The position numbers were made by a program, and so were the translations under genes. From Centroscyllium fabricii (taxonomy: Eukaryota), in assembly GCA_051313645.2 (NCBI GenBank), contig JBNRSN020000010.1, positions 9,548,001 to 9,612,000 of the forward strand: a stretch of 64,000 nucleotides of DNA, written 5' to 3'. The notes under the pieces are model-generated. The model was not told the origin of the DNA. It worked only from the letters and a program-made list of their open reading frames with translations, and did no database searches. Below, piece by piece: positions 59,301 to 64,000 of the stretch (position 1 is the first letter of the stretch; every line of letters starts with the position of its first letter).

Positions 59301-61815
59301 ATTCCACTAACTTTTTGGTTCCGCGGAATTCTGGCACTGGGGAAAATGACATTGGTCAGTGAAGAAGTCCATCCCTTCTGACACTATCACTGATCGGCGG
59401 AATCATTGCCTATTTTAAGGCAATCAGTCTGTGACCTCACTTCCTGCAGACCATCGTGAAGACCGACAATGTCTAGAGTAGGGGGCTCCTGCTGACGTGG
59501 CGAGTACTTCAAAAGTGGGCCTGGTTCGTCATATGTCTGTCAGTAAGAGCCAAAGTGTTCAACGTTCATCCGATTCTGTGACGTGTCAGCAATTATATGT
59601 AGGATCTCCTGCATCTTTCTCTCTTTCCAGTTTTTTTGTTCAGCAGTATTTTATAAATCTTTTTAAGTTCAAAGAAAATAAATCAATCACTACTGTTTGT
59701 GCCTAATGTATTTTCAGGATTATTAGAATTGTGAACATCAGCTCTTGGCAATGACTTTCTTAACATTTATATAAATAAAGATGTATTTAATTCTGGCTGA
59801 GATAAAGATCTCTTTACTGTTTTCTATCAATGAGTGGAAGAAAAAGCAATTTCTGATATTAAGGGCAGCCCTCAGACTCAGGACGGTCATCTGTTGTGCT
59901 CCACGAACAAGGTAAAACCACATAACCATCTGCACACGCGATCATCTTGTAGATACGTGATGGAGAACCCCGACATAATTGCATCCCAAATATTTAAGTT
60001 TGTTTCTCGATCAGATTTTGCAATACATTTTAAAAACTTTAAAATCTGTTGCTGAGTTTAAAAGTTTATGAGAGAATAGTTGTCATTTAAAGCACTAACA
60101 TTTGACCCGCAATCCAAACACTGACATTGTCCAACTGGCTCTGACATTAAAGGGTCTTGAAACAGTTGCTTGTGGCTTCAAAAATGTCGGTATTTTACAA
60201 ATTATGATTCAGAAATAGGATAAACGTCGATAAATCCGTGATTTGACTATACTTTCCATCGCTTTAGTGAATGTTGTCGATTGGCAGCCGCGTATTTTGT
60301 ACCCAACGATTTTTATATTTCATTATAGTCAATGAAAAAGGGAATTTCGACTTGGCATGTGACAGGCGGACAGTCCAGTTCTGCCATTTTTACGCCCAGG
60401 CCGAAATAAAAAAAGAAATTATTTTCAGAATGTTCAGGTTCTACTAATTTCAAATGTATTTATAACTGCAGAAATACATTGGATGGTAGGCACCGCGATA
60501 AAAATACAATCCAACGGATAGAACAAAAACATGCATGCAAGCCAACCAGTTTAAAATTAATATAAACCAACAGAACAATGAATATCTACAGCGCCCATCA
60601 ATCACTGAAGATGGAGAAAGGTCGAGCTGACACAGCGCTGGATGTTTACATGTGTAACCCTGGATATTGAATAGAACTGCGGAAGCGGTCAGAAACAGTC
60701 CTCTGACTTGCTTACACATCTTACAGTGTGAACTGTGGATTTACCGAGTTCGGGGGGCAGACTCTCTTCGACATCATCCAAACTGCAACAACTACGCTGC
60801 AGAATAATTTGGAAAACAGTTTCAATCGAGGTAATGAAATTAGCGGGAGTACACAATGCTTGTTAATTGTCTGGAGTACTCATCTGAAGCCGTTACATCG
60901 AGAACTGCTCTCAAACCCAGGTCACCTGTGGTGTCTGACGGCGCTCGCAATAAACCGCCTTGTCCTGGGGATAGTCGTTCAACAGCGATTGACAAAAAGG
61001 TTGGGGATATTCAATTATTCTGTTGGTGCATCAACACACATCGCAGATTATGCCATGTAAATATCTGAGAGTCTTGATTACTGATCCTTGACTGAAATGC
61101 ACCGGTTGCAAATTGTTATTTCTGACACTGTTACCAGGGTACAGGGCCGATTTTTCGCGTTAATAAAAGGCAAATTCACTGTCAGAGATTTAGTAACAGC
61201 ATGGAAAAATGTATTTATTCTGCTAGGCAGCCTCCAACTAATTATCAATAATCGAGACGTCAGAAAGAAAAAGGTAAAACGAGGCAACTCCAGTAAACAT
61301 TCAAAAAACATGGTGAAACATCCCTCGACTCTGAAGGGGATATCGGCACCAATACATATTCACAGGAGAAGGGGTGACACGTCGCTGGCAGCTGCAATTA
61401 GTCGAAGCAACACTTTCACCAAACTTCTGAGATGAAATTAAGTGGACCGAGAGTTGTAAACGATAATTTGTTCACTTAAAATTAGCGATTGATCGGATCA
61501 AGAAAGTGTAGAATTGATTACAGTCCTCGCAGAATCAAATATTAAACCAATTAATCAACGATTGTATTGCATTAATAAATTACACTTCGTCACTGACAGG
61601 TTTAATACGTAAGGGATAATGTCCTATTTGGGATGTGACACTTGGCCAAAGAACTGTGGAAACCCATAGTCATTGTTGGCGTTAAATGCTACAAAATTCT
61701 CCCAATATAATCGCGTATCTGTGAGTTTTTACAACAATCCTTAGGTTAGCAGAGAGCATTTCAATCAAAGCTGGAACCGAAGCTGGAACGGAATTCCAAA
61801 CGCCCAAACGAAGCT

Positions 61816-63222
61816 CTAGTTTGGCTTTGTTTTATGTTTAAACAATCTCAGAATCAATGTCCAGGGAGATTTCAGCACCTTCTTCAGCTCTTCTCTGAAT
61901 TTTCTCTGAGTCGCTGCATAAATACACGTGTTCGGACATGAACTTAAAAGCTTTAACAGATCTCCGGTTTCAGTGGCGATGTAGGCTGGGTTTGTGCGGT
62001 CGCCTCGGTAGTAAGTGGTGTTCGACATTCTGGTAGTTACAAAATTAACGGCAGCTGTCAGCCACAGCAATATAAAACTGCCCGATACAGTGAATAGCAA
62101 AATTATGGATTTCCTTCGGTTTTCCATCTCTGGATCGCAGTGGTTCTCATTGTTATGACCCCGGAGTCCCCTGCGGGCTCTGCTGGCCACTAAAATACGT
62201 CTGACGGTAACACAATTAAAAAAGGCCATTAGCGTAAAGGGAAGCCAAACGCGCCATACGGTGTGAAACCAGAGATACGCTATACCTTCAACTGAGGAAA
62301 AAAAATCCACACTTGACATACAGCCCCACTGAACGTTGTTAATTATTTGCTCCGATTCAAATGCAAAAAAAACGACAATGCATTTAAAAAAAGTTAGGAC
62401 CGAGAACGTTGTTATAACCGTGGCCGCCGTTCTCTCTGTGCAATACTTTACTTTAAACTTCTGGCAGCAGATAACTATAAATCGGTCAAATGTGAAGGAG
62501 ACAGTGAACCAAACAGACAAATCGAAGGTGACAGCATTCATGTATAGATTAAACTTACACACGGGAGTGTGGGACAGGAATGAAAGTGGGAAGTGATAAC
62601 TGAAAATATAATACACCATTACATTAACGATCATGACCAGTAGATCGGCTGTTGCCATGGCCACCATGTAGACAGAGATACACTTGGAAAGGCCGCAGTT
62701 TCCTCGGGAGAGAATGACGACTGTCAACAAGTTCGCTGTAAGAAAGAGGGTGGAGAGAAATAGTGTTGCAATTTCTGATCGAACTATATATCGAGATACA
62801 TGTTGGGAGCCCTTTACTGCATTCAGTGGGATTATAAACACGGAGCAGTGTGAGAATAGGATTAGTTTCGGAGCAATTACTGGAAAACCCACCCCCACAT
62901 TTTAAAGAGCTACTGCAGCGCTCACTGTGCACGGGGTGACGACGATACTGAGATCCGTCAACATAATTATGTTGGAGCGTCAAAGAGTAATATCACATTA
63001 GTAAGGTTGTCGTATTAAGGAGAACGTAGAAAGTGTGGACATGCACCACACTGCGATAAGCTGACATCTGTAAAACTGTTACCCTATCCAGTATGCGAGA
63101 CAAACAGAGACTGTAAACACGGATTAACAACAAACCGGTTACAATTGCTCACCGGGGGCACCGAACAAAGCGAGAATCGGGTAGTAAATCTCCTTTATCA
63201 GCAGTATAGCTGGTCGCCCCAT
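61816..63222 (-). CDS. GPR139/GPR142-like class A GPCR, two exons (63222-63153, 62735-61816), 329 aa
   Basis: Exon 1 MGRPAILLIKEIYYPILALFGAP+G|gtgag; a 417-bp intron ending ctttcttacag|CG; exon 2 ANLLTVVILSRGNCGLSKC..AMATADLLV, PVC, FTFDRF, FILLWLT, SSCPNTCIY. Spliced length 990 nt, in frame. Confidence 0.92.
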
Positions 63223-63340
63223 TTTCTGTGAGACCGTATGCTTTCTGTTGGAGATGAAAGACTCTCACTGGCTCACGGCTGAGGCAATGGAAGGGAATCT
63301 ATATTTATCCACACATCAATCCTCAAGGGAGTCAATCAGG
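63223..63340 (-). promoter_or_regulatory. Putative core promoter/5'UTR of the GPCR
   Basis: gtggataaatata at 63312-63300 (TATA/forkhead-like), ending 78 nt before the ATG, with ctgattg upstream. Conserved with the pseudogene. Confidence 0.6.
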
Positions 63341-63556
63341 TTCAACCTTAATTGGCATTAGTTACAGTCATTGAACAAATAGAATTAGGTAAGTTGTTTT
63401 TTTACTGATACGCCGGAAAAACTGTGAACATTATATTGCATATGTTCAAATACATGCATAATACGAATGTTATTTGGAAATGGAAACTGGAATTACCAAA
63501 TACTGGAGCAGTCCGTTTTCCAGCAGGACTGGTTGAAGCAGCTGCACTGGTAGCCA

Positions 63557-64000
63557 TCATAGAAACACAGAAATATAGAAAATAGGAGCAGCAGTAGGCC
63601 TTTCGGCCCCTCGAGCATGCTTCGCCGTTCAATAAGATCATAGCTGATCATCCAAACTCAGTACCCTGTACCTTGCTTCTCGGCATATCGCAAATACCTT
63701 TAGCTCTAAGAAAAACATCGAATTCCTTCTTGAATATAATTAATGACTTGGCTTCAATTACATTTAGTGGTAATGAATTGCACATGTCCATCTCTCTCTG
63801 GGTGATGAAATTCTTCCTCATCCCTGTCCTAAATGCCTAACCCCTTATCTTTTACTATGAACCACCCCGGTTTTGGACTCGACGACTATCGGGAACATTG
63901 TTCCTGCATGTAGTTTGACCAGTCCTGTCAGAATTGTGTACGTTTCGGTGTGATTCCCTCTAATTGTTCTAAACTCCAGCGAGTATAAGCGCAATCGACC
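63557..64000 (-). mobile_element. HER1 (CR1) 3' fragment running off the window
   Basis: catagaaacacagaaatatagaaaataggagcagcagtaggcc...ctctctgggtgatgaaattcttcctcatc. Confidence 0.85.

Noticed and set aside
59210-61440. Possible further decayed TIR elements (gtgctgaaattctcc, ggaatttcgac, gggccgattttt) and short ORFs
   Set aside because: The ends could not be paired convincingly and the ORFs have no recognisable motifs.
62736-62898. N-terminal 54 aa of the 360-aa ORF (MGVGFPVIAPK...)
   Set aside because: Intronic read-through. A canonical acceptor at 62736 and an in-frame exon 1 (63222-63153) are conserved in the paralog.

Overview
Eukaryotic, repeat-dense vertebrate DNA, almost certainly from a shark or other elasmobranch (HE1 V-SINEs, HER1/CR1 LINEs, SacSINE1-like DeuSINE). 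There is one intact host gene: a two-exon GPR139/GPR142-like class A GPCR on the minus strand (exon 1 63222-63153, exon 2 62735-61816, 329 aa; the ORF-track N-terminus is intron). A paralogous pseudogene on the plus strand (11044-27768) shares its promoter, intron and exon layout but is split by a ~15.4-kb five-level transposon nest: RTE > HER1 > CR1 > full-length CR1 > Gypsy. The full-length CR1 carries six ~193-bp promoter-like monomers at its 5' end. A decayed ~12.3-kb LTR element (46168-58452, minus) has two LTRs, a PBS, a gag-like start, no recognisable pol, and remnants of an F-protein-like (lokiretrovirus-type) envelope. Other content: a ~10-kb 49-bp satellite whose consensus drifts along the array, two TIR elements (one holding three tandem hairpins), a VNTR-containing non-autonomous retroposon, Penelope/hammerhead remnants and a local tandem duplication. 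All alignments were done by eye, and family names come from recalled motifs, not database searches.
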